Origin: an uncultured Gammaproteobacteria bacterium
Lineage (GTDB): Bacteria > Pseudomonadota > Gammaproteobacteria > CAKMZV01
DNA: 64,000 bases
Direction: 5' to 3'
Assembly: GCA_929200535.1 (NCBI GenBank)
Contig: CAKMZV010000001.1
Coordinates: 45,470-109,469 of the forward strand
Part shown: piece by piece, positions 51,243 through 62,802 of the stretch
Layout: the number at the start of each line of letters is the position of its first letter
How positions within the stretch are numbered: the stretch's first letter is position 1
Notes under the pieces: generated by a model
What the model saw: the letters and a program-made list of their open reading frames with translations, nothing else
Told to the model about the DNA's origin: nothing
The model's database searches: none
Translations under genes and position numbers: made by a program

Positions 51243-52595
51243 TTACCCGTTAATTGATTGGTGAATGTCTCTTGCCGCTATCTTACCATCTTCTACTGCT
51301 GCCACTACTAAATCGTAGCCATTATCAATGCAATCACCTCCTGCCCATACACCCTCACTCGAAGTACGCCGATTAATATCAACAACGATCTTGGCTCGAT
51401 CACACTGTAATTGGTTAATTCCATCAACCTCATTATCAAGTAGCTGACCTACCGCTTTAAATAGACTATCAGTTTGCATTGTGTGCATTTTCCCAGTTCC
51501 TTTTAACTCTCCTTCTGCAAGTTTAGTTTCCTCAATCACTATTTCAGATACGGCATTATTATTAGTCACAATTTGCGAAATTTTTGACCAAAAATGAATA
51601 TCAACACCATTGGTTTGTGCAAACTTGCGTTCGACATCGCTTGCTCCCATTTCATCAGGACCACGACGGTAAATAATAGCAACTCGTTTGGCTCCTAAGC
51701 GTTTGCTTTGTACGGCAATATCTATGGCAGTCATCCCACCGCCAATAACAACTACATTGTCTCCAACAGAAAGATTTTTAAGATCGTCGCTTTGTCTTAG
51801 CACCGAAATATAATCTACTGCATCTTGAATACCATCGGCACATTCATTTTCAAGATCAAGAGCACGCACGCCTGCCAACCCTACGGCAAGAAAAACGGCA
51901 TCAAAATCCTTTTGTAAATTGCCCAAGGTTAGGTCACGACCTAATGCCATACCCGTTTTTATCTCTATGCCACCCAAATCCATAATATATTGAATTTCTT
52001 TTTGGGCAAAGTCATCAACTGTTTTATAAGCAGCAATACCATACTCATTTAAGCCTCCTGCTTTATTTTTATCCTCAAAAACAGTCACACTATTGCCAAG
52101 CATCGAGAGTTGGTGGGCACAAGCCATTCCAGCAGGTCCTGCACCAACTACGGCAATTTTCTTGCCCGTGTCGGCTTGTCGTTCAAATAATTGTTTTCCT
52201 GTGGACTGCACCGAATCAGTCGCATATCGTTGCAATAAGCCAATTGCTACTGGTTTATCTTCGTGAGTATTTCTAACGCAATCTCCTTCACAGAGGTTTT
52301 CTGTGGGGCAAACTCGTGCACACATTCCACCCATAATATTGGAATCAAGAATTGTCTTAGCTGCTCCGGAGGTATCTTTTGTATAAATTTGACGAATAAA
52401 TAATGGAATATCAATACTCGTCGGGCATGCTGCTGTACATGGAGCATCGTAACAGTAGTAGCATCTATCAGCTTCAATGCCAACCGTTGTATCCGTTAAA
52501 GGTGGATGTATATCCGCAAAATTATCCTCTAACTGTTTGGCTGAAAGCGTGCTATCCGATTGAGGATGAATTACAACATTATCATTTGTTCTCAT
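51243..52595 (-). CDS. preT: Dihydropyrimidine dehydrogenase subunit PreT (GltD-like NAD(P)H oxidoreductase)
   Basis: 450 aa; N-terminal Cys cluster, two Rossmann motifs (VVGAGPAGMACA; VVVIGGGMTAID). Confidence 0.85.
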   Translation of the reverse strand: MRTNDNVVIHPQSDSTLSAKQLEDNFADIHPPLTDTTVGIEADRCYYCYDAPCTAACPTSIDIPLFIRQIYTKDTSGAAKTILDSNIMGGMCARVCPTENLCEGDCVRNTHEDKPVAIGLLQRYATDSVQSTGKQLFERQADTGKKIAVVGAGPAGMACAHQLSMLGNSVTVFEDKNKAGGLNEYGIAAYKTVDDFAQKEIQYIMDLGGIEIKTGMALGRDLTLGNLQKDFDAVFLAVGLAGVRALDLENECADGIQDAVDYISVLRQSDDLKNLSVGDNVVVIGGGMTAIDIAVQSKRLGAKRVAIIYRRGPDEMGASDVERKFAQTNGVDIHFWSKISQIVTNNNAVSEIVIEETKLAEGELKGTGKMHTMQTDSLFKAVGQLLDNEVDGINQLQCDRAKIVVDINRRTSSEGVWAGGDCIDNGYDLVVAAVEDGKIAARDIHQSING

Positions 52596-52626
52596 TAGCT
52601 TCTTGCTCCTAATTTAATTATTCAAA

Positions 52627-54223
<1,597 letters not shown>

Positions 54224-54259
54224 TTAAATATGACTCTTTTATACCTTAGGCTACCTCTA

Positions 54260-55135
54260 TTAGAATTCGACTAAGTCATCATATAACTCAGGTCTGCGAT
54301 CCCGAAAGAATTGCCAAGTATCACGAACTTCCCTAATCATATCAAGATCAATCTCGTGTACTAATAACTCATCATCACCATAGCTCGCCTGTGCCTCAAT
54401 TTGCCCACGTGGGTTCACAATGTACGTAGAGCCATAGAACTCGCCCATTTTATCAGACCAAGGAGCCTCTTTACCCACTCTGTTAATTGCACCAATAAAA
54501 ACACCGTTGGCTGCAGCCGAGGCAGGTTGCTCCAATTCCCATAAATACTTGCTCAAGCCTGCAACCGTTGCAGAAGGGTTAACAATATAATCTGCTCCAT
54601 TGAGTGCCAAAGCTCTCCAACCTTCTGGGAAATGTCGGTCATAGCATATATACACACCAAGATTTAAATAGGCTGTTTGGAAAACAGGATAACCCAAATT
54701 ACCCGGCTTAAAGAAAAATTTCTCAAAAAATCCAGGTTGCACATCTGGGATATGAGTCTTACGATATTTTCCTAAAAAAGTACCATCCGCATCAATCACA
54801 GCTGCCGTATTGTAATAAACTCCCTTTATCGTTTCCTCGTAAATAGGAACAATAATAACCATATTGTGCTTCTTCGCATATTCTTGCATTAGCCGAACCG
54901 TGTAACCATCCGGAATTTGTTCAGCAGCAGCATACCATTTAGGATCTTTGCTTGGGCAAAAATAGGGTTGTGTAAATACCTCTTGAAAACATAAAACTTG
55001 AACTCCTTTTTTCGCAGCTTCATCAATATAGGGTAAATGTGCCTCAAGCATTAAATCCCGAATTTTTTCAGGACTCATTGAGCAATCGCCTTTTAACCCC
55101 ATTTGAATAAGACCACAAGTTACTTTTTTCGTCAT
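54260..55135 (-). CDS. Beta-ureidopropionase-like carbon-nitrogen hydrolase (nitrilase superfamily)
   Basis: 291 aa; CN-hydrolase E-K-C triad context (CFQE..., ...YRKTHIP, ICYDRHFPE). Confidence 0.75.
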   Translation of the reverse strand: MTKKVTCGLIQMGLKGDCSMSPEKIRDLMLEAHLPYIDEAAKKGVQVLCFQEVFTQPYFCPSKDPKWYAAAEQIPDGYTVRLMQEYAKKHNMVIIVPIYEETIKGVYYNTAAVIDADGTFLGKYRKTHIPDVQPGFFEKFFFKPGNLGYPVFQTAYLNLGVYICYDRHFPEGWRALALNGADYIVNPSATVAGLSKYLWELEQPASAAANGVFIGAINRVGKEAPWSDKMGEFYGSTYIVNPRGQIEAQASYGDDELLVHEIDLDMIREVRDTWQFFRDRRPELYDDLVEF

Positions 55136-55186
55136 TACATTTCTCCTTTTTAGTAAATTTTTTAGTTTTCTGTTATTCGATGCTTC

Positions 55187-56494
55187 CTATTTAAGTCTCA
55201 ATAATACTTCTCGCAAAATCGTACCAAGCTCATCTATATTTTCTTTTTCAAAGGGCAAAGGTGGTGATAAAGCAATAATGTCGCCCGTTGTGCGAATGAG
55301 CAAACCACTCTCAAAAGCATCAATAAACGCACTAAAGGCTCTTTTAGTTGGCATTCCCTCTATTGGCTCCAATTCAATCGCACCAATAAAACCCAGATTA
55401 CGAATATCAATCACATAAGGCAAGCCCTTGAAGCTATGTAACATCTCTTGCCAATAATGAGTAAACGATGGATCTTTAGAAAATAATTGCTCTGATTCAT
55501 ACACATCAAGACACGCCATTGCAGCTGCACATGCTACTGGGTTACCCGAATATGTATAGCCATGGAAAAACTCAATTAAATGCTCTGCTCCAGACATAAA
55601 AGCATCATAAATAAAATCCTTACAAATAACTGCTCCCATCGGCACAGTAGCATTAGTCAAGCCTTTTGCGGTTGTTACTATATCTGGAATAACTCCAAAA
55701 TAATCAACTGCAAACGGAACCCCAAGACGTCCAAAACCAGTAATCACCTCATCAAAGATAAGTAAAATACCATTTTCATCACAAATCTCACGAATACGCT
55801 CTAAATATCCTTTTGGTGGAATAAGCACTCCTGTAGAACCCGCTACAGGCTCGATAATAAGTGCGGCAATCGTTTCAGCTCCATACAAATTAATGACACG
55901 TAGTAAATCTTCCGCATATTCAGCACCATATTCAGGCATACCACGTGAAAAAGCATTACGAGAAATGTCATGGGTGTGTTTAATATGATCAACGCTTGGT
56001 AGCAAGTCACCAAAACTGTCTCTATTAGGCGGAATACCGCCAACAGAAATTCCACCAAAATTTACGCCGTGATAACCTCTTTCACGACCAATAAGGTGAA
56101 CTCTTTTTTCTTGACCTATTGCTTTTTGATATGAGACTGCTATTTTCAAAGCGGTCTCTACAGATTCTGAACCTGAATTGGTAAAAAATACCTTATTCAT
56201 ATCAGTAGGGAAATAGTTGCTCAATCGACTTGCAAGAGCAAATGCAGCTGGATGTCCCATTTGGAAAGAAGGTGCGTAATCTAAAACAGAAAGTTGTTTG
56301 CTAACTACCTCTTGAATATGAGGATGACAATGACCTGCATTTGAACACCACAACCCCGAAGTACCATCAAGGATAGTTCGACCATCCTCGCTTGTATAAT
56401 ACAAGCCGTTAGCACTAACCAACATCCTAGGCGTTTGCTTAAATTGCCTATTTGCCGTAAATGGCATCCAAAGATTTTCGAGCGTTGACTTCAT
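55187..56494 (-). CDS. Class III aminotransferase (beta-alanine/3-aminoisobutyrate:pyruvate aminotransferase-like)
   Basis: 435 aa; PLP-lysine region IPDIVTTAKGL, class III fold; in beta-alanine-producing cluster. Confidence 0.8.
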   Translation of the reverse strand: MKSTLENLWMPFTANRQFKQTPRMLVSANGLYYTSEDGRTILDGTSGLWCSNAGHCHPHIQEVVSKQLSVLDYAPSFQMGHPAAFALASRLSNYFPTDMNKVFFTNSGSESVETALKIAVSYQKAIGQEKRVHLIGRERGYHGVNFGGISVGGIPPNRDSFGDLLPSVDHIKHTHDISRNAFSRGMPEYGAEYAEDLLRVINLYGAETIAALIIEPVAGSTGVLIPPKGYLERIREICDENGILLIFDEVITGFGRLGVPFAVDYFGVIPDIVTTAKGLTNATVPMGAVICKDFIYDAFMSGAEHLIEFFHGYTYSGNPVACAAAMACLDVYESEQLFSKDPSFTHYWQEMLHSFKGLPYVIDIRNLGFIGAIELEPIEGMPTKRAFSAFIDAFESGLLIRTTGDIIALSPPLPFEKENIDELGTILREVLLRLK

Positions 56495-56566
56495 CGTAAA
56501 TTAAATCTCCTTAAAGAGTTTTTTACTTAAAAATGAGTACAGCATACTAACTTTACATTAAACCAT

Positions 56567-56625
56567 AAAGCTGACCATTTAGTCAATCAAATTGGTCAAA
56601 TAAATTTGACTAATTAGTCAGCTTT
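56567..56625. promoter_or_regulatory. Tandem RutR-box-like TetR operator palindromes upstream of pyrimidine-catabolism operon
   Basis: aaagctgaccatttagtcaatcaaattggtcaaataaatttgactaattagtcagcttt: contains CTGACCATTTAGTCAA (56571-56586) and TTGACTAATTAGTCAG (56606-56621), both close to RutR consensus TTGACCAnnTGGTCAA, embedded in a larger perfect palindrome. Confidence 0.55.
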
Positions 56626-56640
56626 ATAAAAAAAACATTC

Positions 56641-56754
56641 TGAAACCTTTGCATAAAAGTATGGCACAAAAAACGTTTTTACTCTTGGCGAGTTTACGAG
56701 CCTTAGAGTAACAGTGTTTGAACTGCTTGCAGGTAAAAGAAAAACGAAAAGCGA
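56641..56754 (-). mobile_element. MITE-like repeat, truncated copy 7 (5' half only, with the same 68-bp insertion as copy 5)
   Basis: tgaaacctttgcataaaagtatggcacaaaaaacgtttttactcttggcgagtttacgagccttagagtaacagtgtttgaactgcttgcaggtaaaagaaaaa then diverges. Confidence 0.7.
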
Positions 56755-56896
56755 AAAAGGATTAACTCTCTAAGACTGTTGCAGAATGGAAAAGGGCAAA
56801 AGAAATCACCCTATCCTTTGGGCACCTCCTCCGAGGGAGGGGAATGAGTAGAAACGTTTTGCCAAAACGTCTCTATGCTATATCTGACTACCTCTA

Positions 56897-57559
56897 CTAA
56901 TCTTCTCTTAATTCGTGAAAGACCGCACCAAGTATCAGTTTGACAACTTCGTTACGTTTATTTTTATATTCTTGTTTAGATAAACGCTTATTTTTATTAA
57001 GAACAGTGATTTGATATTCAAAATCCGCATAATGCTGGGTTGTTGCCCAAATCATATAAAGCAAAGCATTGGCATCAATATCTTTGATAATACCCTCTTG
57101 CTTCCATTTATTGATCACTCCAACACGTAAGTCAACCCATTCATTAAAGCTACTGGGGATTTTTATAAAGGTTTTTTTAGATACTCTGCCACTCACAAGA
57201 ATAAAATGTGCCCAGATTTTTGACGCATGAGGATATTCACGAGAAAAATCCATTTTTTCTTCTATGTAGCTCTTGAGTATCATATAAGGGTCTCCAACAA
57301 GGTTAAACATTTTTCCTTCCTGTAGCCAATCATCAAGAATGGTTTCAATAACTATTTGATATAACTCTGCCTTCGTTTGCACATAGTAAAGAACCGTTGA
57401 TTTAGGTAATTTTGCTTCTTCGGCAATCATACTCATCGTCGCCCCTTTATATCCATTTAAAGCAAAAATTTTCTCAGCAGCTTTATATATTTTTTTGCTT
57501 CGTATTTTACGTTTTTTAAATCGTTCAATCGTCATTTTTACGCTAAGAAATTCAGTCAA
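56897..57559 (-). CDS. TetR-family transcriptional regulator (RutR-like)
   Basis: 220 aa; N-terminal TetR HTH (AAEKIFALNGYKGATMSMIAEEAKLPKSTVLYY), flanks pyrimidine catabolic genes. Confidence 0.75.
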   Translation of the reverse strand: MTEFLSVKMTIERFKKRKIRSKKIYKAAEKIFALNGYKGATMSMIAEEAKLPKSTVLYYVQTKAELYQIVIETILDDWLQEGKMFNLVGDPYMILKSYIEEKMDFSREYPHASKIWAHFILVSGRVSKKTFIKIPSSFNEWVDLRVGVINKWKQEGIIKDIDANALLYMIWATTQHYADFEYQITVLNKNKRLSKQEYKNKRNEVVKLILGAVFHELRED

Positions 57560-57606
57560 TAGTAATTGCAGTCAAAGGAGTGCTGATTTTGTAACAAACT
57601 ACACTT

Positions 57607-57776
57607 TGAGACCTTTGCATAAAAGTATGGCAAAAGAAAAAAGATAAAAAATCGTTCTGATTGAGGCGTGAAATGAAGCTAATACATCCGTCTTCGCAAG
57701 TTTTATAACGAAAATTAGGGCAATTTTTTGCTTTTTTATTTGTCATATCTTTTGTGCAAAGGTCTCTTACAGCGAA
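57607..57776 (-). mobile_element. MITE-like palindromic repeat, copy 8 (orientation A)
   Basis: tgagacctttgcataaaagtatggcaaaagaaaaaagataaaaaatcgttctgattgaggcgtgaaatgaagctaatacatccgtcttcgcaagttttataacgaaaattagggcaattttttgcttttttatttgtcatatcttttgtgcaaaggtctc. Confidence 0.85.
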
Positions 57777-58032
57777 TCAATCCCTTTTTAGATAATGTAT
57801 TGGTGAAATAACAAATCAAAAATTTAGAAAAAGTTCTTTCGGCAACCATTCGTGTATGAATTAGAACCTAAATCACATCAAAAGGCATTCCTACAAAGAG
57901 AAAAACTAACGTAAGTATTTCCCATCAATAAACCTTAACTGTTAATTTAAATCTAAAGCACTAACATAGTTTAAAGTCAAGATATGATTTATTGCAAAAT
58001 AAATGACTCTCTGACCCCAACTATTTTAGCGG

Positions 58033-58176
58033 TTACTTTTTTGGAGGAGGGGGAGGGGGTGGTGGTGATGGACGTTGAGAGGTGGTTGGCGGATTTACCC
58101 CATCTGCAACAGTTCTCCCAAAATTATTACTACCATTTGAGCTTGGTGGTGGTGGATTTGATGCTTTCTTTGACAT
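58033..58176 (-). CDS. Unannotated 47-aa proline-rich microprotein (MSKKASNPPPPSSNGSNNFGRTVADGVNPPTTSQRPSPPPPPPPPKK)
   Basis: Own translation of minus strand; ATG preceded by AGGAAGG RBS 7 nt upstream, immediately after stop of 58188-58757 gene (coupled). Below 60-aa ORF-track cutoff. Confidence 0.35.
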   Translation of the reverse strand: MSKKASNPPPPSSNGSNNFGRTVADGVNPPTTSQRPSPPPPPPPPKK

Positions 58177-58187
58177 ATATAACCTTC

Positions 58188-58757
58188 CTATTTTTTTAGT
58201 TTTAAGAACTCTACTAATTTTACATCAGAACTATCAATCAAGATATTCTCAACATTTTTTAATGCAATTTCTTTATTATCATCATCAATCCAAGAAGAAT
58301 CCGAGAGTAAAAAATGCCCATTATTGGGTTCTGTAGGCCACTCCATTGGCCAACCTAAAATTCTACGACCATCTTTTAAATGAATTACTATATAAGTAAC
58401 GCGTTCAGAAAAAGCACTAAACCATTCAGAGGCATATGATGTTTCTTTTGTAATTTTTAATTTCCTTAGAATTTTATGGAATTTATCATTATTTGTAAAA
58501 TACGCTAAAAACAACCCTAATATAATGGCAATAATTAAAGAAAAAATTAATTCAAATTTTTCGATATTGATTGCCGAAAAATAAAAAAGAAGAAATAAAA
58601 CACTTTGAATAATGACAGTAAAAATTAATGCTTGAATTACCCTTTCAAATTGAGATTGTTTAGGGTACGAGGTTAAGGCATGAAATATCCATGCAGAAAT
58701 AAAACCTGGTAACAAAAAATGCAGAGTTGCGATTAACTCTGTTGACAAATTTTCCAT
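58188..58757 (-). CDS. Hypothetical membrane protein (3 N-terminal TM helices plus about 90-aa soluble C-terminal domain)
   Basis: 189-aa ORF, AT-rich, no recognisable motif. Confidence 0.5.
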   Translation of the reverse strand: MENLSTELIATLHFLLPGFISAWIFHALTSYPKQSQFERVIQALIFTVIIQSVLFLLFYFSAINIEKFELIFSLIIAIILGLFLAYFTNNDKFHKILRKLKITKETSYASEWFSAFSERVTYIVIHLKDGRRILGWPMEWPTEPNNGHFLLSDSSWIDDDNKEIALKNVENILIDSSDVKLVEFLKLKK

Positions 58758-58867
58758 GATGAATCTATTTTAGTAACTAATAACAACTAAACTCAGCAAA
58801 TAATTGAGGTCAAAATGTAATTTATTTTGTAACAAACTGCTCTCTAATTCTGATTAATTATATGGCA

Positions 58868-60070
58868 TTAAACACCATAAAAACGCTTTAGCCTTAGGGC
58901 ATTGAGCTTGATAAACCCTTCGGCATCTTTTTGATTATAGGCTCCGCCATCGTCTTCAAATGAGGCAATGTTACTGTCAAATAGGCTGTTTTCTGATTTT
59001 CTACCGAGAATACTAACCCCTCCTTTGAAGAGTTCTAAGCTGACTTCCCCAGATACATTTTGTTGTGTGTGATCGATTAGTGCTTGTAAGGCTTCTCTTT
59101 CTGGGCTCCACCAATATCCGTTATAAATTATTTCTGCGTATTTTGGCATTAGGCTATCTTTTAGATGAGCAACTTCGCGGTCTAAGGTGATCGATTCTAT
59201 TGCCCGATGAGCTTTTAACAATACGCTCCCTGCTGGCGTTTCATAACAGCCACGGGATTTCATACCTACATAGCGGTTTTCCACGATATCCGAACGCCCT
59301 ATGCCATGCTTGCCGGCGATTTGGTTGAGGGTTAGCATTAGTTTTTCACCATTCATTTTTTCGCCGTTGAGAGCAATAGGGTCGCCTTGGGAAAAACTGA
59401 TTTTTATCGTTTCAGGTGCTGAGGGGGCATCTTGAGGCGAGACGGTCCAACGCCACATATCTTTTTCAGCCACTGTGTCGGTATCTTCAAGAACTCCGCC
59501 TTCATAGGAGATATGCAATAAATTTGCATCCATCGAATACGGTGATTTTTTGCCTTTATCATAATCAACTGGGATATTGTGTTGCTTGGCGTAGGACATT
59601 AATTTTTCACGAGAGTTTAATTCCCATTCACGCCATGGAGCAATCACTTGAATTTGTGGCATTAGGGCATACGCCCCTAATTCAAAGCGTACTTGGTCAT
59701 TACCTTTGCCAGTGGCTCCGTGGACAATCGCATCGGCTCCAGTTTGTTGGGCAATTTCAACCAATCGCTTGGCAATAAGTGGGCGGGCAATGGAGGTGCC
59801 AAGTAAGTATTCGCCCTCATAAACCGCATTGCAACGAAACATTGGAAAAACATAGTTTTCAGCAAATTCATTTTTTAAATCTTCTATGTAAATTTGTTCA
59901 ACGCCCATTTGCTCAGCTTTACGACGAGCTGGCTCTAATTCTTCACCTTGCCCTATATCGGCAGTAAAGGTGATCACCTCGCATTGGTATTCTTGTTGTA
60001 GCCAGCGGAGGATGATTGAGGTGTCTAAACCTCCAGAATACGCCAACACGGCTTTTTTTATTTTTTGCAT
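58868..60070 (-). CDS. argG: Argininosuccinate synthase
   Basis: 400 aa; [11 protein letters not shown]-loop, type I ArgG. Confidence 0.9.
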   Translation of the reverse strand: MQKIKKAVLAYSGGLDTSIILRWLQQEYQCEVITFTADIGQGEELEPARRKAEQMGVEQIYIEDLKNEFAENYVFPMFRCNAVYEGEYLLGTSIARPLIAKRLVEIAQQTGADAIVHGATGKGNDQVRFELGAYALMPQIQVIAPWREWELNSREKLMSYAKQHNIPVDYDKGKKSPYSMDANLLHISYEGGVLEDTDTVAEKDMWRWTVSPQDAPSAPETIKISFSQGDPIALNGEKMNGEKLMLTLNQIAGKHGIGRSDIVENRYVGMKSRGCYETPAGSVLLKAHRAIESITLDREVAHLKDSLMPKYAEIIYNGYWWSPEREALQALIDHTQQNVSGEVSLELFKGGVSILGRKSENSLFDSNIASFEDDGGAYNQKDAEGFIKLNALRLKRFYGV

Positions 60071-60303
60071 TATTCTATGTTTTTTTCATTATTAGATTGA
60101 TTATCTTGGAACCGTTTTTCTAAAGCATTTTCTACCAGTTGCAGACGTTTTTTGCATTGATTATAAGCCTCTGTTGCTTTATCCACCAAAGGCAATAATT
60201 CATCAACGCTAATGCCCTCACTATCTTGCAGGCGATCAACCGCTTGTTGCAGAATATTGAAATTTGTGCTAAAAGAATCTTGTGATTTGGGTTTAGTTGG
60301 CAT
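60070..60303 (-). CDS. xseB: Exodeoxyribonuclease VII small subunit
   Basis: 77 aa; [45 protein letters not shown] matches XseB helical hairpin. Confidence 0.7.
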   Translation of the reverse strand: MPTKPKSQDSFSTNFNILQQAVDRLQDSEGISVDELLPLVDKATEAYNQCKKRLQLVENALEKRFQDNQSNNEKNIE

Positions 60304-60404
60304 AAATATATGATTTGAGTATTCAATAGAGGTTTCTATAAATTATAATATCAATAAGGCTTGAGCCCTTTATATAAAAAACAATTCTCGAATTAATCTA
60401 CCTT

Positions 60405-61868
60405 TTGATGCCTCTTTTAACCAATAAAAAAATTCATCTCAAACCATTGTATCGCTCCTTATTAGCCGATACAGAAACCCCCTTGTCAATTTATCTTAAA
60501 TTAGCCAGTGGGAATTTTGGCAGTTATTTATTTGAATCGGTTGTTGGTGGGGAGAAGTGGGCACGATATTCAATGGTTGGTATCGGTGGTGGTGAATGCT
60601 TAAAAGTGATTGATGGGAAAGTTGAATTATGGGAAAATAATCAACTTATTGAAGCGCATAATCCTAACAATCCTTTGGACTTCATCCAAAATATCCAACA
60701 AAAATTCACTGTCGATAAACACCCCAAATTGCCTCAATTTAGTGGTGGCTTAGTCGGCTATTTTGGCTATGAGACTATTCGATATATTGAGTCTAAATTA
60801 GCCAAAACGCCCATAAAAAAAGATGCTTTGGGGGTGCCTGATTGTATTCTCCACCTTTCAATTGATTTGGTTGTCTTTGATAATCATAGCCATAAATTAT
60901 TTCTTATTACGCACAGTGAGGTTGATAATCCCGAAAGTGAACAGGAAGCCTTAAAGAAATTAGATGTATGGGAGGATAAGCTTAAAAATTCAATTGATAA
61001 AACAAACATTCAACCAACTGGTACTTCTACGCACTACCACCAAGAATATCCACAAAAAGATTTCCAAGCTGGCGTTAATAAAATTAAAGACTATATTATT
61101 GCTGGGGATGTAATGCAAACGGTTCTCTCACAGCGAATGAGTAAAGCCTACGCTCACCCACCAATTGACCTATATCGTGCTATCCGTCATATCAATCCAT
61201 CACCTTATATGTATTTTATGGAATATGGGGATTTTCAGATTGTTGGTGCTTCACCCGAAATTTTAGTTCGTATGGAAGAGCAGAAGGTTACCGTTCGCCC
61301 AATTGCCGGCACTCGCAAACGAGGAACAACCGAGCAACACGATCAACAATTAGAACAAGAATTGCTTAATGATGCTAAAGAGGTTGCTGAACATCTGATG
61401 CTGATTGATTTAGGGCGTAATGATATTGGTCGTATTTGTCAAAACAGTACCGTTACTGTCACCGAGCAAATGATGGTTGAGCGATATTCTCACGTGATGC
61501 ATATTGTTTCCAATGTTGAAGGTAAAGTGAAAGAAGGTACCCACCCTATTGATGCACTTAAGGCAACTTTCCCCGCAGGGACACTCAGCGGTGCCCCTAA
61601 AATCCGCGCCTTAGAAATTATTAATGAATTAGAACCCACCAAACGAGGAATTTATTCAGGTGCTATTGGCTATATTGGCTGGCATAATAATATCGATACA
61701 GCCATTGCCATTCGTACAGCCGTTATAAAAGATAATACGCTTTATGTCCAAGCAGGAGCTGGTATCGTAGCGGACTCAATCGAAGAAAAAGAATGGGAGG
61801 AGGCTATTAACAAAGCCACTGCCATCTTCAAAGCCGCCGAGCTAAGTGAAAACGATTTAAAATTGTAA
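60405..61868 (+). CDS. trpE: Anthranilate synthase component I (TrpE; PabB not fully excluded)
   Basis: 487 aa chorismate-binding enzyme; N-terminal SYLFESVVGGEKWARYS resembles TrpE LLES...RYS tryptophan-feedback motif; C-terminal GTLSGAPK, catalytic A/GAGIVADS. Confidence 0.7.
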   Translation: MMPLLTNKKIHLKPLYRSLLADTETPLSIYLKLASGNFGSYLFESVVGGEKWARYSMVGIGGGECLKVIDGKVELWENNQLIEAHNPNNPLDFIQNIQQKFTVDKHPKLPQFSGGLVGYFGYETIRYIESKLAKTPIKKDALGVPDCILHLSIDLVVFDNHSHKLFLITHSEVDNPESEQEALKKLDVWEDKLKNSIDKTNIQPTGTSTHYHQEYPQKDFQAGVNKIKDYIIAGDVMQTVLSQRMSKAYAHPPIDLYRAIRHINPSPYMYFMEYGDFQIVGASPEILVRMEEQKVTVRPIAGTRKRGTTEQHDQQLEQELLNDAKEVAEHLMLIDLGRNDIGRICQNSTVTVTEQMMVERYSHVMHIVSNVEGKVKEGTHPIDALKATFPAGTLSGAPKIRALEIINELEPTKRGIYSGAIGYIGWHNNIDTAIAIRTAVIKDNTLYVQAGAGIVADSIEEKEWEEAINKATAIFKAAELSENDLKL

Positions 61869-62023
61869 ATTTTCACTTAGCAATCATCGAGCCTCTTACT
61901 TCGTGCAGAGTATAATTTATCTATTCAGATTGGAGTTATCAGTGCGTGACATATTGCACTTGGCTACCTTCGTTAAAATGTGAATATTATTTTTTATTTA
62001 ATTATTATAAATTTGGAGAAATT

Positions 62024-62794
62024 ATGAAAAAAATTCTATCTATTTTTGCAATGCTCATCTTATTTTCAAGTGTGGCATCTGCTGAAAAAGTCTTACGTAT
62101 TGGTGTTGAGGGAGCTTACCCTCCTTTTAGCCAAACGAATTCAGATGGAAGCTTAAGTGGCTTTGATATTGATATTGCTAACGCTTTATGTGATTCCTTA
62201 AACGTGAAATGTAAGCTTGTCAAACAGGATTGGGACGGTATAATTCCAGCATTACTTGCTCGTAAATACGATGCTATTATTGCTTCAATGACTATTAACG
62301 AAGAGCGTAAAAAGAAAGTTGATTTTACCAATAAATATTACGCTTCACCTGCTCGTTTTGTGGTTCGTAAAGATGCGAATATGGAAATTGTTAATGCCGA
62401 TCTTAAAGGCAAAACTGTTGGCGTACAAGTGGCTACGGTGATGGAAAAATTTGTCATCGATAACTACAAAGATCTTGGTATTTTAAAAGTACGTAGCTAC
62501 AATACTCAAGATGAAGCAAATCTTGATCTAACTGCTGGACGTATTGATCTTGGCTTTATGGAATTTGGTGTCGCTGAAGAGTTTTTAAAATCAAAAACTG
62601 GGGCTAAATTTAAAATGGCAGGTCCAAGCTTTGCACAAGAAAAATGGTTCGGTGAAGGCATTGGTATTGCCGTACGTAAAACAAGCAAATCATTAAAAAA
62701 TGACTTGAATAAAGCGATTCAAGCAATTCGTAAAAACGGCACCTATGATAAAATTCGTGCCAAATATTTTGCCTACGATATTTACGGCGAATAA
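62024..62794 (+). CDS. Polar amino-acid (Lys/Arg/Orn/His-type) ABC transporter substrate-binding protein
   Basis: ORF-track start 61946 is upstream extension; probable start MKKILSIFAMLILFSSVASA (signal peptide); SBP_bac_3 family. Confidence 0.8.
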   Translation: MKKILSIFAMLILFSSVASAEKVLRIGVEGAYPPFSQTNSDGSLSGFDIDIANALCDSLNVKCKLVKQDWDGIIPALLARKYDAIIASMTINEERKKKVDFTNKYYASPARFVVRKDANMEIVNADLKGKTVGVQVATVMEKFVIDNYKDLGILKVRSYNTQDEANLDLTAGRIDLGFMEFGVAEEFLKSKTGAKFKMAGPSFAQEKWFGEGIGIAVRKTSKSLKNDLNKAIQAIRKNGTYDKIRAKYFAYDIYGE

Positions 62795-62802
62795 AAACCT
62801 CG

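Noticed and set aside
57984-58199. 71-aa plus-strand ORF (MIYCKINDSLTPTILAVTFLEEGEGVVVMDVERW...)
   Set aside because: It is antisense to the better-supported proline-rich microprotein (RBS plus coupling) and to a GGAGG/GGGGG-rich segment. It has no RBS and low-complexity composition.
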